Source: the human T2T-CHM13v2.0 reference genome, Homo sapiens. From it: a stretch of 64,000 bases of DNA. The stretch is taken from NCBI RefSeq assembly GCF_009914755.1, contig NC_060926.1, one strand, 5' to 3'. The translations under genes were made by a program, and so were the position numbers. How positions within the stretch are numbered: position 1 is the stretch's first letter; each line of letters begins with the position of its first letter. Below are positions 53,426-64,000 of this stretch, one piece after another. Under the pieces are notes generated by a model, which saw only the letters and a list, made by a program, of their open reading frames with translations, searched no databases and was not told the DNA's origin.

Positions 53426-55892
53426 TTTTAGAGGGAGGATAGATCTGTTAAAGAGAACATGGAGCTGAAATCACATTCCCAGCAAATGGCAGCTAGAGAT
53501 AAAAAGATCAAAAATCCAACTTCTCAACAGGGCAACTCTTCATTTTGAAACATGTCTCCAAATGTCCATACTTTTTGTGACACATGTGGTGTTTAGGAGG
53601 AGGGCAGGTGTTTGGCTAAAATAGTGATGCAAAAGAGAAAAGATTTTTTTAAAAAAGAAAGTAGAAAGAAGGAGAAGAGATAGAAGAGAGATGTAGAAGA
53701 CAGGAGAGACCAGATGAGGAAGACGAAAAATCAAAGGAAATGGGAGGACTTCTGCTTGTTGCAATTTTGTAAATCTTTTAGCAAGACCTATTTTGAAATA
53801 GGTCTTGACAGACAAATGTGGCCAGGTCATCAGGAAAGTAGGGTTTCTGGGGTTTGGAGACAGACAGCCTAGTTGGAAAGTCTGGTTTCAGAGCAGAATG
53901 TTTTCAGGTGAGTGAAATGAATCCACACTGGGAATTGGTGTGCTTTATTGACTAGTATGAATCCTGGAAAGGCTCTAGAAGGTTTGGTGGTCTTAAGGCA
54001 GATTTGTAAAAGGCATTACAAAATACTAATACAGTTTATGTGCTATGCCTTCCCCTCAAAAGCCAATAAATTGAGGACAGGTTTTATTTTATTATAACAT
54101 GGAAAATGAGTAAGTCTATGTGCCTTGGAAAAATAGCTTACTCTAATTTGGAGCTCAGTTTAGATAATCTTGAGCAGCAGAATACACAAAATCCTTCCCA
54201 GACACAGTGCAGTATGAGCATGGTGAAGTGTCCAGGCTCTGGCACTAGGCCACCTGGACACCATTGCTGCCCTTGTTGCTCAGCTGTGTGAAGTCAGCAA
54301 TTTGCCAACTTCTACCTCAGGGTCTCTATCTTGAAAGTGGAGATAATTGTTTCTTCTTTGTAATGTTATTAAATGTGCATATATATGTGTGTATATGTGT
54401 ATACACATATACGATACACACACATAATATGTGCTTACACAATTCCTAGTGAGGAAAGGACCCTGTATATTTCTGTTGCTTTTATTATGTATGGGAATGC
54501 AACTGTGATTCATAACAGAATTGAAAACATGAGCTAAAGTATTTACAGTTTTGCATTTGTGTCAGTAGTCGAAGTAGCAATCAAATTGTTGAGATTATAT
54601 CCATTAAATATAGGTTTTGTTTTTCATGTACTGATATTGGCTAGATATTAGAGTAATATGGCATAGTTTCCTATGTTTTAGATTCTTTTCTTTTTCTTTT
54701 TATATGCAGTATTTTTGGTTTCTTGTAATCCTTATGTTCCCCAGAATCTATTTTAATATAATCACTTGGCATCTAAACGTGAGAGTCGAGTTGATGAACT
54801 CAACTCGGCTTAGAGCAGCCCAAAGCTTTAGTCAATGACCTGCCCTTAAGCCTTGAGGCCAGGCGAGGATTTATGAACCATATTTTGTCTTTTTCAAGAG
54901 CAAATGCCACACTTGTCCTCAAAGAAGATTGTGCAATACCATACTGAAATGTATTATGACCCTTATTTTCTAAAGATACGATACTTTCTTTTATTTTTGT
55001 ATCTGTTCAAAACAATTTTTAGAGAAACATTCTGATTTACTGGAGAGCTGCACAAATGAAGAAAGTCTAAACGCCTTGTGAATTTGGTGAAAATCTTAAA
55101 AACTTCCTTGGAACTTTTTATAGAAGAGTGAAATCAAGTCAGTAAGGACTATCTTCAATGACTTTTCTGGTTACACAGAACATAAATGATACGCATTTTG
55201 CTTAAAGTCCAATTCTTGGTTGGTTTGCATTTGGCTTGAAGTCCAATTCTTGGTTACCACTGGTTTGCATGCAAATGAAATTAAGCAAGTACTGGCCTCA
55301 TTCCTTTACTCCAAGCCCAACGTCAGACATTGCTAATTAATCATGGTTTTCTTTTCTGTTGAAACTAAAGGAAACCTCTGTGTCTTTTAACCTGATTCTC
55401 CAGGAAACAATTACCTTTTGATTAGGCTGGGAATTTGATATAAAAGGTTGTTGTGATATTTGCTGCATGTTTTTCTGTATCTAAGGTTTTCATTTACCAT
55501 AAAAGTACAACTACTTGTATTTTTGCATTTTGTGACTGAAAACTATTTTGTCATCCTAAGATAAAAATGTGTTTGTTATTATACCAAGATATGTTAAAAC
55601 TGATTCAGATACATAAGGATACTAATCCAGGTAGATAAGGATACTAGTTCAAGCAGGTAAAAAAAACAATCTTTATCATCAGGCAAAATTAAGGAAAATA
55701 ATTTGTACCACCCCAATATGCTATTGTACCACTCCATTGGCTATTCAAATACTCTTATGCTAAGGACATAGGACTCATAGAGAATGGATGGCTGCAGAGT
55801 CCATGAAGGAACTCACCTCGGAGGGATCTGATTAAATAAAAGAGTAACAATATATCCCTTTATTTGGGTAGCCACCAAGTGCTGTTACTGAC

Positions 55893-56051
55893 CTTGTGAT
55901 GCAGAGGACCACCACACAGATGACAGCAATCTGAATTGTTCCAATCACAGCTGCGATTAAGACATACTGAAATCGTACAGGACCGGGAACAACGTATAGA
56001 ACACTGTAGTCCTTTTTTTCACAGTGTTGTCCAGTATAACCAGCATCACAC
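55893..56051 (-). CDS. TMEFF2: TMEFF2 penultimate exon: end of EGF domain, juxtamembrane stalk and transmembrane helix (CDAGYTGQHCEKKDYSVLYVVPGPVRFQYVLIAAVIGTIQIAVICVVVLCITR)
   Basis: Acceptor TTTCTTCCAG|G at 56052, donor AAG|GTCAGT at 55892; 159 nt, phase 2-2; open frame with CxxGYxGxxC and a hydrophobic helix. Confidence 0.98.
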
Positions 56052-56098
56052 CTGGAAGAAATTATAGTGCCCAGTTACCTGTAGGGTGCTGCATTCAT

Positions 56099-56400
56099 TT
56101 TTTTTTTTTTTTTTTTTTTTTGAGACGGAGTCTCGCTCTGTCGCCCAGGCTGGAGTGCAGTGGCGCATCTCGGCTCACTGCAAGTTCCGCCTCCGGGTTC
56201 ACGCCATTCTCCTGCCTCAGCCTCCCGAGTAGCTGGGACTACAGGCGCCCGCCACTATGCCCGGCTAATTTTTTGTATTTTTAGTAGAGACCGGGTTTCA
56301 CCCTGTTAGCCAGGATGGTCTCGATTTCCTGACCTCGTGATCCGCCCACCTCAGCCTCCCAAAGTGCTGGGATTACAGGCGTGAGCCACCGCGCCCGGCC
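56099..56400 (-). mobile_element. AluY, full length
   Basis: AluY diagnostics TTCACGCCATTCTCC and TTAGCCAGGATGGTCTCGAT; many CpGs retained; TSD TGCATTCATTTTT; pure T tail. Confidence 0.97.
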
Positions 56401-57342
56401 TGCATTCATTTTTATAGTTGATTGATGGGCATTTATTTTCATCACAAAATTAGGGCTTTTTGTGTCCCTTTCTAAATAAATATTACTTTGTGGCTATGGC
56501 TCTCAACTACTTATTTTCAACAAGATGTCTTTGTGTTTCTCGGTTATCAGATATGTGGTTTCCTTTTACATTTATGATAATAATTTCAAAGGTAGGAGGA
56601 TTACTAGATAATTTGTTTTTGGTGACAATATAGAGAGATAATACATGTCCAGGAATGACTGTTATTTCTATATTTTCTGGAAGGTGAGCTTTACATTTTA
56701 TTTAATTTGCTCTTTAATCAACCTAAGTCAACATGTTTACTTGAAAAAATATGTGTTTCTGATGACATGGGTACAAAAATTAGTCTGTTTTGGATGAAAC
56801 ATTCTCTATGCCATTGTCAGAATAAATGTTGAGAAATATTAGGATCAGAGTTACAGGATGAGTCATTAATTTTCTGGTCAAAAAAATCATCTGCTGATGA
56901 TAGAGTCAAATTTTGTTAGAAAAAAGTAAGTATGATGTAGGCAACATAGTTCTGCAAAACAAGACGAGGTATTGTTCATCTGAGAATGAATGTTGCCTCC
57001 TCTCACTCAACCCTCATGGAAAGCTCAGGTAGACAATCTACATAGGAAAATTAGCATGTGTCAATGAAATGAGAAAATAGCTCATAAGAAAACAATACTT
57101 AAAGAGGATCAACATATCATTGATTTTGTGGAACTATTCTATTACTTCACTTTGAATTTCTCATAACTACATCCTGAGAAATTTTTTCTCTCCATCAGGA
57201 AGGGTTTAATAATAATGACACTGCTGGGGAGTGAGGGGGTAGCAAGAGTAACTTCTCAGTTTTGTTCACTCTGCCTTACTTCAGTTGAAGGCCTGTGCTA
57301 GTATATTTTGTGGAGGGAAAACATGAAAGGAAGACAGCTCTA

Positions 57343-57403
57343 GGTGGGGGGCGGGGAGGGGGGAGGGAGGAAGAGTGGGGGAGAGAGAGAGAGAGAGAGA
57401 GAA
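57343..57403. repeat. G-rich tract followed by (GA)n
   Basis: GGGGGGCGGGGAGGGGGGAGGG...GGGGGAGAGAGAG. Confidence 0.9.
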
Positions 57404-57573
57404 ATCTTCTGTTGTAAATGAAAATACAATCTATTTCATCATATGTCACTTGTACTTAATGTAAATAAAAATAAAAATAAATTATGTTTTCATTTTGGCT
57501 TTGCCATCTCTGAAATAATTATATTTTAGACATACAGTAGGTATTTAAATACATATATATTAATATATATATA

Positions 57574-57730
57574 AGAGGCGGGGTCTTGCTCAGTTGCCCA
57601 GGCTGGAGTGTAGTGGTGTGACCATAGCTCACTGCAGGCTTGAACTCCTGGGCTCAAGGGATCATCCCATCTCAGCTCTCAAGTAGCTCCTGGACTACAG
57701 GTTGCATGCCACCGTGCCTGGCTAATTCTT

Positions 57731-57770
<40 letters not shown>

Positions 57771-57869
57771 GATAGGATCTCCCTTTGTTGCCCAGGCTGG
57801 CTTCAAGTGATCCTCTCACCTTGGCTTCCCAAAATGCGGGATTACAGGTGTGAGCCATCATGCCTGGCC
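57574..57869 (-). mobile_element. AluJ with expanded middle A-tract and small deletion
   Basis: ACCATAGCTCACTGCAG, CTCCTGGGCTCAAG; run of about 36 T in the linker. Confidence 0.93.
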
Positions 57870-58485
57870 AGTATTTATATTTATAAACTAAATCCAGATA
57901 AACAACTTCTTTGTGTCTCTACTGAGTTTGAAACTGGGGGGGTATGGCTAATGATTTCACTTTGCACGGCTCCATGGGAGAGCAGATCTATAGAAAATAG
58001 TGAATGCCTGGCAAAACAAGGATTGATGATATTTATGAGAAGACCTGAAGGACTTAGGAAAAGATGAACTCTGAGAAGCAACTATGCAATCTAATATACA
58101 TAAGGCTTCATCCATTCATTTGTCTGATAAATACTTATTGAGCAACTATTCTGTGTTCAGGAGAAAGAGTGGTAATATGGAGGAACTTGTACCTTTAAGG
58201 AGCTTATAATGCACAAAGTACAATTTCAAATTCTAGAACAGTTCAGTAATGTGTTATATAGTACTTGAGTGTGTAAGGTGCACATATTTTTGTTTTTTTT
58301 TAGTGTGTGAATGCTTGTGTGAGTATGTGTGTATGTGTGTATGCATGCACAGGAGGAGCAGAGAAAAGTTTTGTTGCTGATTACCCATTCAAGAAGAATG
58401 TCGACCAATTTTCTATAAACATCTACAATTTAGTTTCTACATATTAACTTTATACATTAACTATTCTTGCGAGTAAAAATGTTAC

Positions 58486-58609
58486 CTGCAAGATGGCTCC
58501 TGCATATTGATAGAATGCTCACACTTCCCATGCATGCAGAAGCCATTGTAATGTTCCGGACAAGGTATGTGGTGTTCTCTGGCACTTTCTTCTAATTTGT
58601 TAGCATTCT
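58486..58609 (-). CDS. TMEFF2: TMEFF2 exon encoding ENANKLEESAREHHIPCPEHYNGFCMHGKCEHSINMQEPSCR (first part of the EGF-like domain)
   Basis: Acceptor TTTTATCTGTATTCACAG|AG at 58610, donor CAG|GTAACA at 58485; 124 nt; four EGF cysteines; splices in frame to 56051. Upstream exons lie beyond the window. Confidence 0.98.
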
Positions 58610-61600
58610 CTGTGAATACAGATAAAAGTAAGCACCCCCTGTAAATACTTAGCCTGGTAAGATCAACCAGTACATTAAGAAGCAAAGCTATGGTAGGCAA
58701 AGATATTTAAAAGGGCAAGAACTAAAGGGCTATGCTTCAGAAATAAGAGGAAGAAAGAACTGAAAGACGTCTTTACAATTGTGTTTAGAGATGAAATTTG
58801 CAAAATTACCCAGTGCTTTTTATGCTTTCATGCAATTTCCTACATCTTTAACAGCTAGTGGTGTTTCTAGGACTTGTCAGACAGCTTTAATTTTCCTCAC
58901 ATAGGGACCGTACATTGATCATGAAATACTCCAAGAAGAAATATCCTATTTTTTAAATTTCAAAGCCCAGCATAATGTCCTTAAGAGTAAATTGCTGTAA
59001 TACCTTGATACTTTCGCAATACGAAAGCTTAAAAGTTAAAATATGGCCGTGTTCAATTGTTAAACACACATTTTCCAAACCGAATGCAAATTTCAACAAA
59101 TGTATTCTTTCAGGCTTTTAAAATCTACTGCAAACATGATTTTCACTAGCATCCACACATTTTTTTGTTGCCACAATAAACCTATTAAATAAGAAAACGT
59201 TATTTCAAAATCACTTATGTAGATATTCACATAGTATACACTGAATACTGTAAGTGTATTTAAATGCATATTTGGCCTGTATTAACAATGCTATGTGAAA
59301 CCTAAACTTACGATAACGAATAAACGTGGATTCTAAAGTGAACACTTTTGCCTGCCATTACAACATGTTCTACTTGTTTTGCCATGTTTTCATAGATATT
59401 TGAAATTTTTTGACCTTTGTTAGTCCAAAAACGTTTGCTTCATATTTGTAATGCCATATTTAAGTGTCTTTTGAGTCTTAATATGTTCATTTTATGATAA
59501 AACTTTTGAGTTTTCCCTAAATCTGAAATATGATATTCTTGAAAATTTCTGCCCAAACACATGAGAAATATAGCTTTTATGAACTCAATCTGAAGACACT
59601 CTTCAATCTGAAGGTACTCTTCAACACCCTAGTAATTAGTCAGCAGTAATGGAAAATGGCAAATGAATTCCTATTTTTATGAAATGGTTTATTTCCATAT
59701 AAGGGTATAGGTTTTATTATTAGCAGTCACGGATGATAAGCATATTCATTGGAAGAAAAAAACATGCCTCTGGTATTAGCGAATCAGACAAATCTATTAT
59801 TTATGATTAAACAGAGCTGCAAAATATCTATACATCTTTAAGATCCAGATGCCATCTGCAAAACAAAGTCTGAAAAAAGTTGTAAAATATGTATAGTGCT
59901 TTCTTGTGTAGAGATATTTATATGCATCATTATGATGGGCAATATTTTATGTTACACACCCAAATTTGTAAGGGATTTACCATCAAGATACTAGAGAGCC
60001 TGTAGATGACATTTAAATCATTAGTTTGTTTCTTATCTGTGTCTCTTTAGCTAGGATGGTTGGTGATTTTTTTGTTTGAATTACAGTATTTGCACATCGA
60101 TAGCAGCTATTTAACTGAACATACCACTTCCATGGAGAAAACTAAGAATGTATAGAACTTTTTTGGTTTCTTCCCTCTTCTTTGAAGTTACTTTGGAATT
60201 TTGTGGTATAATGTTTTTGGTAGCAAGTGCAGCTGCAGTAAGCAAATACACCAAAATTAAAGTGGGTAGTGTTGGGTGAAATTTCCCACATGGGAACGTG
60301 TAACCAAAATGGAAGCAGGGCAGTTCATGAACCCATGGAGGAGGCTGTGTTCATTCTGTGCCAGGGCTGGGGGCTACACACTATAGCGATCAAACCATGC
60401 ACCTGCTGTTTAAAGGAGACTTTAGCAGTGGGGTTTGCCAGTCACACTGCTGGTGTAATGAACCAGCTCTGATTTTCACTTTTATTTCTGGACCTTCTTC
60501 CCATAACAAACTATTCGACACTTCTATGGTTCATTAATAACCCCTCAGTGCTTCTGAACACCTGCATGCAGGGAAATTTTCTGTGACTTCCCTAAATTTC
60601 AGTTATACACTGTCTTTTCAGATATAGTATTTTCCAAACACATCTTATTAGGACTATTTTTCTTTCTGTCAGTTACAAAAGAATGTCAAGAATTTTTTAA
60701 AGTGAAAATCCGGTTTTTAGTCTATTTTATTTTTAACACTGTACCTCACCCCATACTGACAGTTTGTTTCTGGATTCGTGCCATATTCACAATTATGAAC
60801 TGAAGTATAAGGGAAAAATAAGAGCTTGTCTGAATGAGGCTGCTGCCTTAGTGTGGTAAGAGATGGATATTTTCACAAAGTTCATTATCCAGCCAGGGTG
60901 ATCACATGGGTAGGGAATAGTTTCCATTGTAAAATCTGCTAATTAGTTTACACTATTCCTTATGAGCTTGGAGTGCTCTGTTATGCTGCTCATAGGATAC
61001 TGTCAAATAAGAAAGCAGAGAGATTGAAAATAAATTAGTAGAAGAAATGATCTCTGGGCAAGAAAATGAGGAATCATCAATATATGTCAACAAATTTATA
61101 GTCAATCCAACCAAGTAAATCAGTTGATTGAAAACCTGAATATATAACCACTGCTAGTAATGCAATAGACATATTTTAGAAACAAGATTTTAGTATATTA
61201 AGAGTAGAAACACAGAAATCTAATATCCAAACAAACATGTATATGAACCATAGTGTTTGTGATCTTAATGTTTATGTATAGTAGGTATTAAGCAATAACA
61301 AAGCATTAAAACATTTTAAATTATATAAAAATTATATATTTCTGGAAGTCTGCATGTTTCCTTCAGTAGCTTATGATTTAGACATTGATTTCTCTGTCCT
61401 CCATTTAAAAAGAGGTTTAATGTAAGGGTTGTGCTCTTTCTTCTAAAATAGATAAAAGGCTATGGTAGAAACTCTTCATGTCTGTGTTTAAAATCCTCAA
61501 CTAGTTTCCTGTTTAAATGTTTACAAATGGTTTGTTCTAGAGAGTTCCTGACCCTTTGAAAAAACAATTCTGATACAATCTGAGTTATCTGCAGCAGAGC

Positions 61601-62118
61601 TAATAGGGCTCCATGCCCATTGCTAGTCAACACTTCAGTCAAGAGCTATTGAAGTGGGCTGTTCTATAGTACAGCTACTCATATTGTTTCTACCCTGGTG
61701 CTTGCAGGGAAAGAAACAGGGAAAGCTAAAGAGACAGAGAATGGCAAATGGTGAGGCCTTACCTTACTGCAAGTCAAGTAAGGTTAAGTGGGTAGAAAGG
61801 GGGCAAAGCCAGATTTAGCAGTTCAGACTTAAATCAATACAGTCCAGTATGTACATGTGTGTGTGTGTATGTGTTTACCATTGCCCCTGTATTCCTTTCC
61901 CTAAAAAGTTGAAAATAAGATGTTGTTTAGATAATTAATCTATCAAAGGAACACATTATGGATCAAAGCAGAAATATTACAGTGTAAAATTTGACTAAAT
62001 CTATCCATATTTCTAAAAAAGAGAATGTTTTCCTTTGGACAAAGATTAAAGGTTGGCCAAAGAAGTCCTGAAAGTTAAGTTGTATTATCTATCCAAGTGC
62101 TCTCCAAGCTGGTGTGTC

Positions 62119-62407
62119 TTTGTTTTTTAGTTTGAGAGTCTTACTCTATTACCCAGGATGGAATGCAGTGGCGTGATTTTGGCTCACTACCACCTCCACC
62201 TCCTGGGCTCAAGTGATTCTCGTGTCTCTGCCTCCCTCTTAGGTGGGACTATAGGCATGTGGGACTAGCTAACTTTTTGTATTTTTTAGCAGAGATGGGG
62301 GTTTTCCATGTTGGCCAGGCTGGTCTTGAACTCCTGGCCTCAAGTGATCCACCTGCCTCAGCCTCCCAAAGTGCTGGGATTACAGTCGTGAGTCACTACA
62401 CCCAGCC
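62119..62407 (-). mobile_element. Alu (old S/J type)
   Basis: Alu body with flanking repeat CAAG(C/T)TGGTGTGTCTT. Confidence 0.94.
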
Positions 62408-62879
62408 CAAGTTGGTGTGTCTTAAAAAACCAGCCTGAACTAGCCAACCCAGAGTCCCAGGTGCAGAGATAGATGCACCAGGTTATTAGTTTCTGATGCT
62501 ATTAAATATTTATTCAGTTAACCCATTTCTCTTGTTCTGATGCTCTGTTGTCTAGTCATTCTTAAAATAATTCGACTTCTATGTAGCCTTCACATTGGAA
62601 TGGCTTTGACAAAACAACATGAATATCTTACCCATTTAACAGTTAACATATTTCATTTCAGAGAATTGACTAGTTCTGAATTTCTGTTTATTTTTTGAGG
62701 GGGTCACATGTCATCTTCATCCCACTCAATTCTGAAGTTTTTTAAGGTCAAACTTGTGCTGTATAGACCAGAGAACTAGACCCTACCCGTTGTTCACTAC
62801 AGTCTGCGAGGCCTTTGGGGGCTGGTCAAATGATATTTCTCTGGTAATGCCCCACTTTAATCAGGACTTTATTGCAAAT

Positions 62880-63190
62880 GTATACAAATTCTTAGGCCAT
62901 TGATTCATACAGAAGAGTCTGATTCTGTGTAAGCGTTTCTGAGAAAATTGAAAAGATCCTAAACTAGAGGAAACATCAGGAATTTAGTGGATGTTTTAGG
63001 TGGGCAGATCTCCACTGCATATTTTTAAACAACTAGAGCTGTTCAGTAGGAGAATGAGTGAGTTCCATTGTAAAATAGTGGGCTTCTGGTGGTATTGAAA
63101 GGAGCTGTGTGGCCATTTCTCAGGGATGTTGTAGACTGTTAATGTATATCGGTTAGATTACTTCAGAGCTCTAAGTTCATTGAATTCTGA
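62880..63190. mobile_element. MER5-like fragment followed by L3/MIR3-like 3' fragment
   Basis: Degenerate matches only: CTGATTCTGTGTA, CTGCATATTTTTAAACAA, CCATTTCTCAGGGATGTTGTAGA. Confidence 0.45.
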
Positions 63191-64000
63191 AAGTAACATT
63201 TATTTCTATTGCTAATATTTACTTATGATTAATCATGAATATTTACTAACATTTACTAGAGAATATTATTTTTGATATGCTAGGAGAAAGACGTAGAGAA
63301 ATGGAGATATTATTTATATATATTAAACAAAATAAATTACTTTTGCCTTAATTATGGGACATGCTACCTTTTGAAAGGGTATAAAATATCTTAAATTTTG
63401 ACTGTGTCTATAATTCAGACATTCTAGCAGAGAGGACCTTTACTATGTAATGTATTGCCTTTCTTTTGTTTAGTGGACCTAAGTTCAATTTTTAAAATCA
63501 TGCTTTAACATCCCATATGATCTTGACACGCACATGTGAGTATTACAGTTTGGTTTATTATCTTTTCAACTATCTTTTGCTGTTGGTCCACAAAATGTGT
63601 CATACTTCTATAGAAAAACAAAAATTTTCAATTTTGAATGTGTTTATGTAATCTTGCTATTTTTTACATGTAATGACAGTAGAGGGAAACTCCAGTATTG
63701 AAATATTCATATTCTTACACACCTTTTGTAATTACTTAATTTTACCCTCCCCCGACTTACTGCCATTTCTCCAAAGCAAAATGAAACTACTTTTATTTAA
63801 CTAGAAAAGGAAAAAACTGTTCTGTTCTCCTTATATTTACATTGTGCCTGGGACAGAAATAAATTATAAATACAGAAATAAAGTCATGATTGTTCCCATT
63901 GTTGGTTAGAGTTGGTTTCAAAGAAGATATACAGTTCTTATGATTTCCTCTCCTTATCTTATCAGGTATAAACATATGAGGCAGTAAAACCTCATATCTA

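Noticed and set aside
58610-58700. N-terminal part of ORF 58482-58700 (MPTIALLLNVLV...), resembling a signal peptide
   Set aside because: Intronic read-through upstream of a clear acceptor at 58610; the start codon is TTG, not ATG.
56099-62407. Possible inverted Alu pairs driving circularisation or editing of TMEFF2 exons
   Set aside because: The three intronic Alus visible (56099, 57574, 62119) all have the same orientation.
58700-64000. Search for further TMEFF2 exons (follistatin/Kazal domains) or other genes
   Set aside because: No matching Cys-rich frame seen; region reads as intron. No tRNA, rRNA, snRNA or processed pseudogene recognised anywhere in the window by eye.

Overview
Human (primate) genomic DNA, AT-rich and repeat-dense. 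The only protein-coding sequence I can support is the 3' end of TMEFF2 (tomoregulin-2) on the minus strand: three GT-AG exons (58486-58609, 55893-56051, 52526-52622) encoding the EGF-like domain, the transmembrane helix and the cytoplasmic tail, followed by a 3' UTR with several AATAAA hexamers down to about 51.26 kb. Positions 1 to about 51 kb are non-coding DNA downstream of TMEFF2, containing Alus, L1/L2/CR1 remnants, MIRs, MER DNA transposons and LTR elements (near-complete THE1, solo MLT2A, solo LTR12C). Nearly all ORFs in the supplied track are artefacts of these repeats. I see no new gene family or 'system'. The best leads are (i) a cluster of alternative splice and polyadenylation signals that would swap the TMEFF2 cytoplasmic tail, (ii) an intact LTR12C promoter followed by a consensus splice donor, facing TMEFF2 in antisense, (iii) a ~370-bp AT-rich palindrome inside an MLT2A LTR nested in an AluJ nested in an L2, and (iv) a 3x37-bp repeat whose unit packs NF-kB, EBF/RBPJ and E-box motifs. 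Repeat subfamily names come from recalled consensus sequences, not from running RepeatMasker, and boundaries of old repeats are approximate.
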